From positions 1-41,957 of IMG/VR virus record IMGVR_UViG_3300037565_000040: a DNA stretch of 41,957 nucleotides. One strand, written 5' to 3'. Of this stretch, positions 32,310 to 41,957 are shown piece after piece; position 1 is the first letter of the stretch, and every line of letters starts with the position of its first letter. Made by a program: the position numbers and the translations under genes. This DNA comes from a virus. Lineage: Duplodnaviria; Caudoviricetes. The notes beneath the pieces are model-generated. The model did no database searches. It had not been told where the DNA came from and saw only the letters and a program-made list of their open reading frames with translations.

Positions 32310-33041
32310 CTAGCTCCCCCACACGTTTTTGTAGATGCCTGAGCCAATCGCCCCTGCTCCAAGCATCTGCTGCCACCATGGAGCCGTTGGCGTTGTGGTC
32401 GAAGTGGTTGTGCCAGCAGACGGTGCGGAAGCCGCAAGAATGCCTGTTGCCCGTTGCAGATCGTTCCATCCCGCGTTGTTCTGGGCATCGAACAGTCGCG
32501 CCTTGTCCTGAGCCTGCGCGGTGTTCCAAGTGTCTTGGATCTGGCCAGCCTGGAGATTGGCCGAGGCGGGCATATTGGACATGCTGTAGAGCGTCCCCAT
32601 ATTGCCGATAGCCTGTTGCTGGCGCTGCATGTCGTAGGGAGCCAGTGCGCCGACTAGGTTCTCTGTCAGCGTCTCTTGGTTGGACGCGCCGCCGAACCGG
32701 CCAGATGCATTGAATGCGCCATTGGTCTGGGCCTGCACATCATCCATGATCCGGGTGCGCAAGGGGTCATCACCGAAATTGCCCTGCGCAATCTGTGCCT
32801 GTTGCCCAAGGGTGCCGGAAACCCCGCCTGAGAAAATCGAGTTGTTCGGGTTGTTCGTCAGCGCCCCGATACCCGCCTGCGTCTGGCTGGACAGGTTCGG
32901 CACAAGGCTTTCGCCATAGACCTTCTGCCCGGTACCGAGCGCTGTGTTCAGCTTGGAGCCAATCGTGGAAACAGCCGTGTCCAACTCTTTGTTGGCAAGG
33001 CCGCTCGTCTGTGTAGTGGTTTCAGTACCGCCGCCGCCCAT
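32310..33041 (-). CDS. DNA ejection (pilot) protein
   Basis: MGGGGTETTTQT start; SGRFGG; C-terminal hydrophobic stretch. Confidence 0.65.
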   Translation of the reverse strand: MGGGGTETTTQTSGLANKELDTAVSTIGSKLNTALGTGQKVYGESLVPNLSSQTQAGIGALTNNPNNSIFSGGVSGTLGQQAQIAQGNFGDDPLRTRIMDDVQAQTNGAFNASGRFGGASNQETLTENLVGALAPYDMQRQQQAIGNMGTLYSMSNMPASANLQAGQIQDTWNTAQAQDKARLFDAQNNAGWNDLQRATGILAASAPSAGTTTSTTTPTAPWWQQMLGAGAIGSGIYKNVWGS

Positions 33042-33454
33042 CAGGTTAGCTCCTTTTGCAGTCCATTCTTGAAGCCCGGAAGGGGCGAGTAGTCCGGCAA
33101 GACTTTTGACCAGTCCCGCCCGCAAATCCGATGGGCTTTAAGCCCGTATTGAACCAAGACGCCCTCTAGCGCAGCGGCAGCATGGCGGATGGTTGAAAGC
33201 CTATGCTTTGGCCCGCCCTCGATTTCCCCGACAACGGCAGTCGTCCAAGCCATTAATCCGTCTATCGAGACGACCCAAAGACCAGCAGCACCGTCGCTCA
33301 CCTCGAATATGAACGCTGTGCCGTCCAAAAGCCGCCCATAGAGCGCCGTAAGGTCAAAGTCCGGATCTTGGGCCAAGGCTGGCTGCAAACGCGCCTCAAT
33401 GGTCTCCCACTCGCGATCTATGCGAGCAGTGTCCAACAGTGTGACTTGCATCAC
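33041..33454 (-). CDS. Hypothetical protein (GNAT-like position in podovirus tail modules)
   Basis: Overlap chain; ICGRDWSKVL. Confidence 0.6.
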   Translation of the reverse strand: MMQVTLLDTARIDREWETIEARLQPALAQDPDFDLTALYGRLLDGTAFIFEVSDGAAGLWVVSIDGLMAWTTAVVGEIEGGPKHRLSTIRHAAAALEGVLVQYGLKAHRICGRDWSKVLPDYSPLPGFKNGLQKELT

Positions 33455-33798
33455 GCCATGCGCTGCGTAGCGTCGGCTGCGAAGTAGTTCACCCAGACAT
33501 GCACCAGTCCGCTGGCATGAGATGATGTCACGCGGATCACTTCGTCGGTATCGAGACGAAAGCCGGGAAGCGTCACTTCCTCTTTTGCGGTCATTGCCTT
33601 TGCATTGCGCCGGTAATAGCTCGTGGTGCCGTCATAGGTTTCCACGGTCAGGTTTGGCGTGTTGCCGCCCACCTCGACACACACAACGCTTTCCACCAAG
33701 GCCGCTTTGCCGAGGCTCAGAACGGTCGTTGGCGTATTGCCCGTAAGAATGGTCTTTTCAGTGAGCAGACCGCCATTGCTGAGAACCTGAAAGCTCAT
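33451..33798 (-). CDS. Hypothetical virion protein
   Basis: Beta-rich, 115 aa; ATGA overlap. Confidence 0.65.
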   Translation of the reverse strand: MSFQVLSNGGLLTEKTILTGNTPTTVLSLGKAALVESVVCVEVGGNTPNLTVETYDGTTSYYRRNAKAMTAKEEVTLPGFRLDTDEVIRVTSSHASGLVHVWVNYFAADATQRMA

Positions 33799-35267
33799 TT
33801 GCGCCCCGCGGTTGCCGCCACAACGTGATTAACCCCGTTGGCATAGGACCAGTCATCGCCAGCGTCGATATTGCGGCGAAACGCAATGTTCATGCCCCTG
33901 CCTCGCAATGGAACGCGCCCAGCACTGACCTTTGCCGCGCCCGTTTTCCATGTTGTCGAGCTATTAAGGCTGTCTTTGACGCCCAATTGCAGGGTGCCGC
34001 TGGCAGCATTATCAATCGGGGTGGCCCAGCCGATCAGGCCCGAAACAGGGCTGTTGCTAAAACCGCTTTCCAGCACCGCCGCATAGTTCGCGCCCGAAAA
34101 GGTCGCGTATTTCAGGTTCTCATCGAGCGCCGCAAACACCGGCTCGCCACCCTGCCAGAACCGATCGTCTAGCGGAGGCAAATTGTCATTATCGATCGGC
34201 CCGAAATCGTTCATCCCGTCCAGCGTATAGCCGGGGGTTGCAATCTGGCTGAGATAGGTGGTTTGCTCCTGCCAGTAGAACCATTTGTTAAATTGCCAGG
34301 AATAGCCCAGACAATCATCGAACACGGTTTCGGAGGTGATTTGCAGCGAGGGATAGCGCCACACCACCAGCTTGTTGAGTGGATCTAGCCCAACCTGCAC
34401 CTTTGCCAAATCGGCTTGGTCAACGCGGTCGAAAAACCATTTGTCGATCTTGCCTGCCCCAATGTGCGCCAGACCATTGGCCTGAGAGAACATTTTAAAA
34501 CCGTCCGTGGACAGCCAATAGGCAACGCCATCAATGCCGATCAGCGAGCGCCGGCCAACCGAACCGCGCTTGTCAAACGCCTTGAGCAGCGAGAACGTAC
34601 CAGCAGGCCCGGAGCCGAACTGCATGACCCGGATCGCATCAGCCTGAAACAGCAGCGCCGCATTGTTCTTGAGGTCGATACCCCCAATCAATGCACCGCC
34701 ATCCTCTAGCGGCTGCTTGTCCGCGCCCTTCTTTTTCCATTCGGTCTGGTCGCCAATGGCCGATGAGCGCACCAGCCGATTGTCCCGGTTGCTGTTCGCA
34801 TCAAGGCAGTCCAGCCCCACCAGCGTATTCGCACACCGGAAAATGTCACGCGGCGCACCAGCGTCAGCAATGGCCGTAAACCCGGCTGGGCTTTCAATGT
34901 CGTAAGCCTGCAACCCGTCCGTGGTATTGGTGGCCATCAGCTTGTTGCCAAAGCCGGTCAATGACCAATCATCGCCAGAGGTGCAGTTGAACCCCGTTCC
35001 GATAGGCGTACCATCCAGTGCATAGGTTGCGCTAAGCTCGTAAGCCGCCGTGGCCGTAAAGGCGAACACCACGTTCGTCCCGTCGCGCTGGGTCAGCGAC
35101 ACCATGCCCCGGCAGGCTCCGGGCAATGCCGTGGCGCTTGCGGGCGTCTGGAGCGACGGTGCAGGGCCGTAACCGATTTGCTGGGGCTGCACCCCTTGCG
35201 CCTGCATGAGAACGCCTGGGGCAAGCTCTCCTGCGTCTGGGGCGAACTCTGAGAATGCGAACTGCAT
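33795..35267 (-). CDS. Tail nozzle / head-closure protein (P22 gp10-like)
   Basis: 490-aa beta-rich protein (YWLSTDGF) directly after the adaptor. Confidence 0.7.
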   Translation of the reverse strand: MQFAFSEFAPDAGELAPGVLMQAQGVQPQQIGYGPAPSLQTPASATALPGACRGMVSLTQRDGTNVVFAFTATAAYELSATYALDGTPIGTGFNCTSGDDWSLTGFGNKLMATNTTDGLQAYDIESPAGFTAIADAGAPRDIFRCANTLVGLDCLDANSNRDNRLVRSSAIGDQTEWKKKGADKQPLEDGGALIGGIDLKNNAALLFQADAIRVMQFGSGPAGTFSLLKAFDKRGSVGRRSLIGIDGVAYWLSTDGFKMFSQANGLAHIGAGKIDKWFFDRVDQADLAKVQVGLDPLNKLVVWRYPSLQITSETVFDDCLGYSWQFNKWFYWQEQTTYLSQIATPGYTLDGMNDFGPIDNDNLPPLDDRFWQGGEPVFAALDENLKYATFSGANYAAVLESGFSNSPVSGLIGWATPIDNAASGTLQLGVKDSLNSSTTWKTGAAKVSAGRVPLRGRGMNIAFRRNIDAGDDWSYANGVNHVVAATAGRK

Positions 35268-35887
35268 TAGAACTGCGTCGGGGTAGTTTCCCCCGTCCCA
35301 ATGCGGTTGACGCCTTCGCGCATCAGCCGGGTGAATTCAAGCTGTTCCATCTGCTTGAACATTAGCGCTGCATTCGGGTCTGCCCAGCGGTTAGCCTCGA
35401 GCGATGCCCTGGCCCGATACATAATCAGGTCATAAGCGTAGAGCATCCATTCGTTTTCAGCATCTCCGTCCGTCGCTGGAGCTGCCACCTTGATGTGGCC
35501 AGTCGGGCGCATGGTGTAAACAGCATCGGGCGGCGGATAGAGCCGCACCGTCTTGTTCACATAGGCCCACGAATAAGGCTGGTTGCTGGTAACGTTCCCC
35601 TCAAGCGTTTCTGACCATCGATAGTCACGGCGCTTGAGCGCATTCACCTCACCGTTGCCTTCAATCAAGTAGAGCGCATCGAAGGTGTAGAAGTCCCCAA
35701 CCGTGGCAATGTCGTAGTCGGACTGCCCTGCGACCGTGCTGAATGTGTTCGAGCGGGTTTCATTGAACCAGAACCGGCGCGGCTGGAAATAGCGAATAGC
35801 TTGCTGGATCTTGGTGCGGATCGCTGCGGTATCGCTGCGCTCGCTGTCATCCTCAATCTCAGCAATCATGGCGGCTTGAGTGGTCAA
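35267..35887 (-). CDS. Head-tail adaptor (tail tubular protein A-like)
   Basis: TVAGQSDY...VRLYPPPDAVY...NEW; position. Confidence 0.72.
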   Translation of the reverse strand: MTTQAAMIAEIEDDSERSDTAAIRTKIQQAIRYFQPRRFWFNETRSNTFSTVAGQSDYDIATVGDFYTFDALYLIEGNGEVNALKRRDYRWSETLEGNVTSNQPYSWAYVNKTVRLYPPPDAVYTMRPTGHIKVAAPATDGDAENEWMLYAYDLIMYRARASLEANRWADPNAALMFKQMEQLEFTRLMREGVNRIGTGETTPTQF

Positions 35888-36051
35888 GATAGTCTCTCCT
35901 TACAAGCCTTCTCATGGAAATGGACGCCGCGCCCGATCTTCTGCCCACAATGTCGGCAGACGCCCTTTTCACGCGGTTTGGGGGCTTGTGCGGGGGCTGC
36001 GGGCACAACCTTTCGTGGCTGCGCCCGCAGGTAGTATTCAAAGGCCTTCAT
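35884..36051 (-). CDS. 55-aa C2HC zinc-finger protein (absent from the ORF track)
   Basis: MKAFEYYLRAQ...VCRHCGQKIGRGVHFHEKACKERLS; TAATG and TTGA overlaps with neighbours. Confidence 0.65.
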   Translation of the reverse strand: MKAFEYYLRAQPRKVVPAAPAQAPKPREKGVCRHCGQKIGRGVHFHEKACKERLS

Positions 36052-36449
36052 TAGCCGTCATTATCTGGAATGTAGGCGATGATGACCTCAAGAGCGCCAG
36101 CCGTGGGGCCGGAACCTGCGGTCAGGGTTGCCGTGATGGTGCGGTCGGCGGGAACCAAGAGGTCGGTTTCCACGTCAAGCTCAATCTGGCCAGCAGAGGT
36201 GAGAACAAGCGCCGAAGCGTATTCGTCCGCGTCATCTGCGTAACCAATGTCGAGCGTCTGCACAGTCGTTGAGGCGGTGAATGCAGTGGTCACGAAAGCG
36301 CCAGAGGCGTTCGGAACAATCACTGCACCAGCCGGGATCGTGCCCACATCGACGGACAGAGTGCCGTTGTAGGTCATGCTCTTGCGCAGATAATGGACCA
36401 TCTGCTGGCTGTATTCGCGGGCGGTCGTGCCCTGAGTACCGGTTGCCAT
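36051..36449 (-). CDS. Capsid decoration/cement-like protein
   Basis: Small beta-rich protein right after the MCP; AAGGAG RBS. Confidence 0.6.
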   Translation of the reverse strand: MATGTQGTTAREYSQQMVHYLRKSMTYNGTLSVDVGTIPAGAVIVPNASGAFVTTAFTASTTVQTLDIGYADDADEYASALVLTSAGQIELDVETDLLVPADRTITATLTAGSGPTAGALEVIIAYIPDNDG

Positions 36450-36461
36450 TGTCAGATCTCC

Positions 36462-37568
36462 TTAGGTGTGAGCAGCGGCATAGGTGGACACAACAACCGC
36501 GCCGAAATCGACGCTGTTGAACTGGGTCCGCTTCATGCCAATGATGCCCTGAGCGCTGATGCCGAGCTGGCGACCATAGTCGAACTCTTCTTCAACCCAC
36601 TTGTACGGCGAGTTTTTGGAGAAGCGCGACGACTGAGCGAACAGCATGGCCTGAGCGCCGAACAGGACAGCGCGACGAACGTTGGCCTCTTCCGTGGCAT
36701 TGCTGGAGTGAACGCCGGTCGTAACGTCTTCGTTTTCACGAAGGATCACGCCGTCATATTCACCGATTGCACCGGTATAGATCGGGTTGCCGGAAGTCTG
36801 TCCGCCCTGGAGGGCCGCAAGCTGAATATCAGCCCACGAAATCGAACCGGAAGCCTGCGCTTCCAGCTTGAGGTCCGTGACCTGATACGGATGCAGGTAC
36901 ATGACGTACTTGTCCGCACCGTTGATGCGCACAGGGCGGATCTTCGGGTTCATGGTCTGGGCTTTTTCCTTCGCCTTGACGACCATATCGAGGGTCATCG
37001 TGGACGAAGAAGATGCACCAACAGCCTGATCTGTCGAACCAGTCGCATAAATGCGGTTGGTCGGGGCCGACACAGAGTTAAGGCCGGTGTAGAGAGTGGA
37101 CAGGCTGGTCGAAACGCCGCGATAGGTGATGGACGAGGCGGTATAGCCGCAGCCCTGGATGAAGAACGACAGAGACAGGCGTTCCGCATACCAATCGGCC
37201 AGTGCCATCTTGCCTTCTTCACGAAGGTTGAACAGCACACGCTGCTGGTCGATGGTGTCTTCACCGGCCACGCGCACGGCATGGGCTAGTTCGCTGACGA
37301 GAACGCTGTCCGAATAGGTGGTCAGGCTCTCTTCATTGCCCTCAAGCGTAGTGCCTTCGGACACACCAGCACCACGCAGACGAGTGCGCAGGCCGACAGT
37401 TACCTTGTCGCCAGCGGACTTGTTTTCGGTCTTGAGCTGGATGATGGAATTCGGGGTCGTGCCAATGAGCGGAGCGATCTCGAGGCCCTTTTTGACCTCG
37501 TAAGCCAAGTCTCGCGCCCATGTCTTGACCGCCAGGGCGTCGTTAACGCCATAGTTGGTCGTAGCCAT
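36462..37568 (-). CDS. Major capsid protein (N4-gp56 family)
   Basis: GDKVTVGLR...LEGNEESL...YVMYLHPYQVTDLK...NPIYTGAIGEYDGV...RAVLFGAQA. Confidence 0.88.
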   Translation of the reverse strand: MATTNYGVNDALAVKTWARDLAYEVKKGLEIAPLIGTTPNSIIQLKTENKSAGDKVTVGLRTRLRGAGVSEGTTLEGNEESLTTYSDSVLVSELAHAVRVAGEDTIDQQRVLFNLREEGKMALADWYAERLSLSFFIQGCGYTASSITYRGVSTSLSTLYTGLNSVSAPTNRIYATGSTDQAVGASSSSTMTLDMVVKAKEKAQTMNPKIRPVRINGADKYVMYLHPYQVTDLKLEAQASGSISWADIQLAALQGGQTSGNPIYTGAIGEYDGVILRENEDVTTGVHSSNATEEANVRRAVLFGAQAMLFAQSSRFSKNSPYKWVEEEFDYGRQLGISAQGIIGMKRTQFNSVDFGAVVVSTYAAAHT

Positions 37569-37716
37569 TACAGGCTCCTATGATGGGTGAATTTTCGAGG
37601 GGGTTGGCGTGGTTTAAGGTCGCCGCCGCGACGAACAGGCACTTGGGAAGGCCAGCCATCCAGCCCATATCGAGGGCCAACCGGAGCGTTTATGGACCGC
37701 CGTCCTTATGCACGGA

Positions 37717-38712
37717 CTATTGGAAAGCGTGGACAACCGATCCATACTTCTCCTTGTAGGCCGCGAATTCTTCATCACTCATCTCCGCAAGCTGCGAAGG
37801 CGTGACCTTGCCGATTTCGGCAGCAGCGCCACCGGTCTTGCCGAGAGAAATGCTGGCCTGCCGCGCTTCCTCGCGCTTAGCCACTTCGTTCATGTCCTTC
37901 TGCGGATCGGGTGTGGGTTCGGCGGGCTTTGGTGCCCAACCGCGTGTCCGCGCCAGCTTCTTGATGTAATCGCCAATGTCCCAGCCATTCTGAGCGACCA
38001 CAGCAATGTGCTGGTTCTCGATACGCTGTAGCTCTTGCAAGGCCTGCTGCTGCGAGTATCCATAAACTTCCGTCAGCTCTTCACCCAATGACTTACGCAG
38101 CGCGTTATGCGCTTCAACGATGGTCGGGTCTGACTGTGCGGTCGCCGTGTAGCGGCTGTTTACGTCATTATAGACGCGCTCCCATTCCTGCTGCTCGCGG
38201 GTCTGGGTTTCTCGCTGCTTTGCCTCTTCGGCTTCGCGCTGCTTGCGCGCCAAAAGCTCCTTCTTGGCCCAGTTGACGATAGCCACCGGGTCATTGTCGT
38301 CCGGAATGTCATCTTCTGGCTTCTTCTGCTCTTCGGGTTTGGGCTGCGCCTGCTGTTGAACGTCCAGAAGGGCCTGCAAACGCTCTTCAAGCCGGATGGC
38401 GCGTTCATTGGCCTCCAAGGCCTTGCGCTCGGCTTCCTTGCGCTTCTCATTGGTCCTGTGGAAGCGATTGAATGAAACGGTTTCGGAGCGGCTTTCGCTG
38501 CCCTCGCCGTCTTCGGTATCATCATCGTCGTCTTCTGCCGCCTGTGCGTCTGCCTGTGGCTCTGCGGCGGCATTGTCTTCGGTTTTTGGTTCCGGCTCGT
38601 CGGGTGCCGGTTGTTCACCTTCCATCATGCCGGATTTGAAAGCAGCAAAATCCTCATCGGACATTGCATCAACGTCGATTTCCGGTGTTTCCACCGTGTC
38701 AAGCTCAGCCAT
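37717..38712 (-). CDS. Capsid scaffolding protein
   Basis: Acidic coiled-coil protein between portal and MCP; C-terminal MSDEEFAAY. Confidence 0.75.
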   Translation of the reverse strand: MAELDTVETPEIDVDAMSDEDFAAFKSGMMEGEQPAPDEPEPKTEDNAAAEPQADAQAAEDDDDDTEDGEGSESRSETVSFNRFHRTNEKRKEAERKALEANERAIRLEERLQALLDVQQQAQPKPEEQKKPEDDIPDDNDPVAIVNWAKKELLARKQREAEEAKQRETQTREQQEWERVYNDVNSRYTATAQSDPTIVEAHNALRKSLGEELTEVYGYSQQQALQELQRIENQHIAVVAQNGWDIGDYIKKLARTRGWAPKPAEPTPDPQKDMNEVAKREEARQASISLGKTGGAAAEIGKVTPSQLAEMSDEEFAAYKEKYGSVVHAFQ

Positions 38713-38785
38713 AAGGCCTCCAGACTATTTAGGGGTGTCACCCAAGCGCGAAAGGGTCGCGCGCCCTAGCGTTTCAGCGCGCCCG

Positions 38786-40654
38786 CTACACCGTGAGGTT
38801 CATGCTGCCTGCCTCGAAAGGCGTAAGGGAAGCGATTTCAGCCTCAATGGTAGCTTTGTTGGCCTCTGCGCGGTCCCGTTCGGCACCCGCGTTGGTCTCA
38901 TTGATCTCTGCATCCAGCTTGCCGAGCTGCTTAAGCGCAGTCTGCATGGCGATGGCCTGCTGTTCGGGATCGGGGCCAATGCTCTTGGCCGCTTCCTTGA
39001 TTTTCTCGATAACGGAGGTTGGCAAGGGCGCATAATCCACCAGCGCAAGCTGGACCTGCGGGGGCAGTGCCGGAAGGATCGGCATGATGGACTGCCAAAC
39101 CACAAGCTTCTGATCGGCGCTATTGACCTGCTCATCAACAATAATGTCGTATTCCTGGCTGGCGTCGATGGCCATTGGCACATACTTCGCACCGCCTTCG
39201 CCCACGATCCGCACTAGCCGCCCGTCATTGAGGTAGTTTTGGATGATGTAGAGCATCAACCGGCCCTGCTCGCGGCGGTAGCGCTTGAGGTTGTCGAACA
39301 GCGGGGCAATGATGATCATGCCTGCCTGCCGACGCTGGAATTCGAGGGACGCCGCTTGATTGGCCTCACGCATCCCCAGCAGCTCAACCGAAATGCCTGT
39401 GACGTCTCGCACCGACTGGATGGCGAACTGCATCATCTGGAAGAACGAAGACGGGAATTGCCCAACAGGCTTTTCCTTGACCTTGCCATTAGCAATCGCG
39501 CCGGGAAGGAACTTGGCGATCTTGTCAGGACGCGCCCAATTTCGCTCCAGATCCCGAATATTATCGGTCGCATCCTCTTCGATCATCAGCCCGCCCTTGG
39601 CGCTGACATTGAGGATATGAAGGGCTTGGCTCATCCACTTGTTGGACCAGCGCTGCGGGTCTTTCATGATCCGCATCAGGCCATAGGGAAGCCCCGTGAC
39701 GCGATCCATGTAGGCAGTGACGAACTGGAAGCTGAAGCACTTGGGCGACAATGCCCGCGTGTCCTGCAACACCTTGCCGCCGATAAAGACGTTGCGAACC
39801 TCTTCGCCCTGAACACGCTGCACAGCATAGGGAATGCCCATCATGTCGGCGCGTTCTTTGAAGGCTGTGAACTTGTCCTTGTCCATGCGAGGCGACTTGC
39901 CTTCCATGGTCGCAACAATGAACTGTGGCACCTTCTTCTTGTATTGCAGATGCACCAGCGTAACGAGGTCGTCATCCTTGATATTCAGATCGCCCGCATT
40001 GCCCTCATAAAACCGGGCCTGTTCTCTGTCCTGGGCCTCCTCCTTGCCGTCAAGCGTGGCCCAGGACGCATCAATGTCGGCACGGTCAACGCCGTCGAAC
40101 ATTTCAAGCACAACAGAGGCAGGAAGGCGACGAACTCGCCACTGACGACGCCGGTCCACAAAGTTTTTCTTGCGGGCATTGCAATCCCACAAAACTTCAA
40201 GTGGGTTGACAGCATCCATGTCAGGAAGCCCCGCTTCGTCCATGTCGAAGTTAAGGGTCGTTTCGGTAACGCCAACGCCACAAGTTAGTGCATCAAGAAA
40301 GGCGTCACTGTCCTCATCGTCAGCGTCGGCCTGGTCACGGAACCACTTGCTGCCCTCGGTCAGCACCTCATTTGCCTTGGCATCGCCTTCCTCACGGGGG
40401 AAGTACTTCACTTCCTGCCGGTTGGCGATTTCCTGCCCGGAGATGGACTGAATGATCGGGTGGGTGCGGTTGAACGTGATGACCGGGCGCAATTGCTCCT
40501 TGAGGATCTTGCGTTCCTGTTCGGTCCACTGCTCTCCGGCCAGGAACTCGAAATCTTCTTTCGCTTCCTGATGCCACTTGCGGCAATGCTCCTTGTCGAC
40601 GCGAAACCACTCCTTGAATTGGCGGAGCTGGCCTTCTTTGTCTGTCTCAGCCAT
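38786..40654 (-). CDS. Portal protein (P22-like)
   Basis: 622 aa; EDFEFLAGEQW...RPVITFNR; GLMRIMKDPQRWSNK; located after terL. Confidence 0.88.
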   Translation of the reverse strand: MAETDKEGQLRQFKEWFRVDKEHCRKWHQEAKEDFEFLAGEQWTEQERKILKEQLRPVITFNRTHPIIQSISGQEIANRQEVKYFPREEGDAKANEVLTEGSKWFRDQADADDEDSDAFLDALTCGVGVTETTLNFDMDEAGLPDMDAVNPLEVLWDCNARKKNFVDRRRQWRVRRLPASVVLEMFDGVDRADIDASWATLDGKEEAQDREQARFYEGNAGDLNIKDDDLVTLVHLQYKKKVPQFIVATMEGKSPRMDKDKFTAFKERADMMGIPYAVQRVQGEEVRNVFIGGKVLQDTRALSPKCFSFQFVTAYMDRVTGLPYGLMRIMKDPQRWSNKWMSQALHILNVSAKGGLMIEEDATDNIRDLERNWARPDKIAKFLPGAIANGKVKEKPVGQFPSSFFQMMQFAIQSVRDVTGISVELLGMREANQAASLEFQRRQAGMIIIAPLFDNLKRYRREQGRLMLYIIQNYLNDGRLVRIVGEGGAKYVPMAIDASQEYDIIVDEQVNSADQKLVVWQSIMPILPALPPQVQLALVDYAPLPTSVIEKIKEAAKSIGPDPEQQAIAMQTALKQLGKLDAEINETNAGAERDRAEANKATIEAEIASLTPFEAGSMNLTV

Positions 40655-41957
40655 TACGCCACCATAAAGTTGTCGGTATCGTCGTAATCATCGTGCATCC
40701 TTGCCCGATACCGATCGATCGGTTTGCTGTCTGCGCTCTTGGCAGGCACCCACGGACGAGACATGCAGGCGTAGCGCCATTCATCCGCGGCGTGATCTTC
40801 CATGTCGCTGTCGAGGTCTTCCGGTCTTGCAACATCATGCTGTAGAACCGGGATCGTTCTGATGCTGTCCACACAGGTGGAGAAGCAAAAGAGCATCGGC
40901 CTGCCGTCATCGTCACCCTTTAGGCGCTGGCGCATCATATCCCAGCCGCCCATTGCGCCCCGTTGCGCCACGCGCTTGTTGTCTGCCGGGTTCCAGTAGA
41001 CCTTATGCGGTGCCATACGGCTTGCGATGCTTGGCCCGCCGTCCGATGAGAACGCAGCCGGGTCAAGAACGCCGTATTTGATCGTGTCCTTCGCCTCGCG
41101 CTCTGCAATGCCCTTGGCAACAGCATCAGCATCCAGTTTTAGACCTGTGTTCGGCTTTCCCTTTACGCAGCCGTACCATTCCCGGTATCGAACGATTGCG
41201 CCGCGTGGGATGATAATCTCAGGCTGCAACGGGTGCTGCGTGTCATCGCCAGCAATGGCCCACCAGCCGATGGAAAAGGGCTTTGCGCTACCCCAGTCAC
41301 CAGAGCGAAAGCGCACCCAGTCAGACGGCAATTCAAAGGGCTGAATGACATGGCGCTTTTCTGACCACTCATCGAAGAACGCGCCCTCGATTGCCGACCA
41401 GTCGCCATCAACCCATGCTTTGACCAGCGCCTTGCCGCCCACCATCTGCAAGCGGGTCAGATAGCCAGGATCACCATGCAACATGATCTTGTTGTCAGTG
41501 ATCCGCGACGGGATGACCGCGAACCTGTGTTCCGAGCCATCTTCTAACGTTCGCGTCATCATGCGCGGTCTGGCCGGGAACGGCACCAACCCGTAACGCT
41601 GTCGTAACCATTGCTGACCAGCGCCGCCCGGATTGGCAGTCAGGATCAACTGAACCGGAACGCCCTTTGCCGAGCGAAGCACACCGAACAGGCGATCAAC
41701 AGGAGCCGGGTCAGGATATTGCCCAGCCTCTTCAACCCATGCGTCAGTGACGTTGCGGCCTTGGTATTGTTCCGCATCCTGCACGCGGTCCAAATAAGCA
41801 AAGCTGACCTTGCCGCCGTTCGGCATTTTCCAGATTAGCTTACTCTCGTTGAACTTGCCGCCAAGAGGCCCGAATATCTGTTTGCTGCGCTCTATCGCAT
41901 CCTCTGACGATACCGTAGTGCGCCGGAACATGATCGCGTTGAACGCCGAGCCGTAAC
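40654..41957 (-). CDS. terL: Terminase large subunit, main part (start codon at 275 across the join)
   Basis: Walker B AWVEEAG; LTANPGG; nuclease domain GDWGSAKPF...EDHAADEWRY. Confidence 0.93.
   Translation of the reverse strand, partial: YGSAFNAIMFRRTTVSSEDAIERSKQIFGPLGGKFNESKLIWKMPNGGKVSFAYLDRVQDAEQYQGRNVTDAWVEEAGQYPDPAPVDRLFGVLRSAKGVPVQLILTANPGGAGQQWLRQRYGLVPFPARPRMMTRTLEDGSEHRFAVIPSRITDNKIMLHGDPGYLTRLQMVGGKALVKAWVDGDWSAIEGAFFDEWSEKRHVIQPFELPSDWVRFRSGDWGSAKPFSIGWWAIAGDDTQHPLQPEIIIPRGAIVRYREWYGCVKGKPNTGLKLDADAVAKGIAEREAKDTIKYGVLDPAAFSSDGGPSIASRMAPHKVYWNPADNKRVAQRGAMGGWDMMRQRLKGDDDGRPMLFCFSTCVDSIRTIPVLQHDVARPEDLDSDMEDHAADEWRYACMSRPWVPAKSADSKPIDRYRARMHDDYDDTDNFMVA
41831..41957. repeat. Terminal direct repeat, identical to 1-127
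   Basis: Exact sequence match. Confidence 0.95.

Noticed and set aside
39239-40288. 349-aa plus-strand ORF (likewise 36393-37289, 38396-39217, 25884-26741 and 23423-24217)
   Set aside because: Antisense shadows of portal, capsid, scaffold, SLT and endolysin genes, as expected in GC-rich coding DNA.

Overview
The window is an apparently complete, circularly assembled genome (~41.8 kb) of a temperate podovirus-like phage. Positions 1-127 repeat exactly at 41831-41957, and the terminase large subunit reads across that join. The host is probably an alphaproteobacterium (inferred from protein families only). The layout is lambdoid/P22-like. It has a cI/cro switch with shared operators, a minus-strand early operon (cII-like gene, HNH, adenine MTase, RusA-like, SSB-like, DnaA-C-domain protein, truncated initiator-like gene, Q-position regulator) and a plus-strand early operon (C5-MTase-like, Rad52/Sak, NinB, HNH, many small ORFs). 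These are followed by xis-int with an attP carrying the 3' half of tRNA-Pro(GGG), and a long minus-strand late operon (terS, terL, portal, scaffold, N4-gp56-type capsid, tail adaptor/nozzle, ejection proteins, an arc-mnt-ant immI-like island, transglycosylase, tail fibre, lysis genes, metallophosphoesterase). The most unusual part is the ~1.7 kb leader between a pR'-like promoter (2681-2709) and a terminator (~986-1013). It holds three predicted structured RNAs: a tRNA mimic with canonical D and T arms but a 73-nt replacement of the anticodon/variable region inside a larger four-way junction, a kissing-loop three-way junction, and a multi-hairpin leader. It also holds an autoregulated two-gene moron flanked by a perfect 16-bp direct repeat. 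All calls come from reading the sequence by eye; no database searches or folding computations were run.
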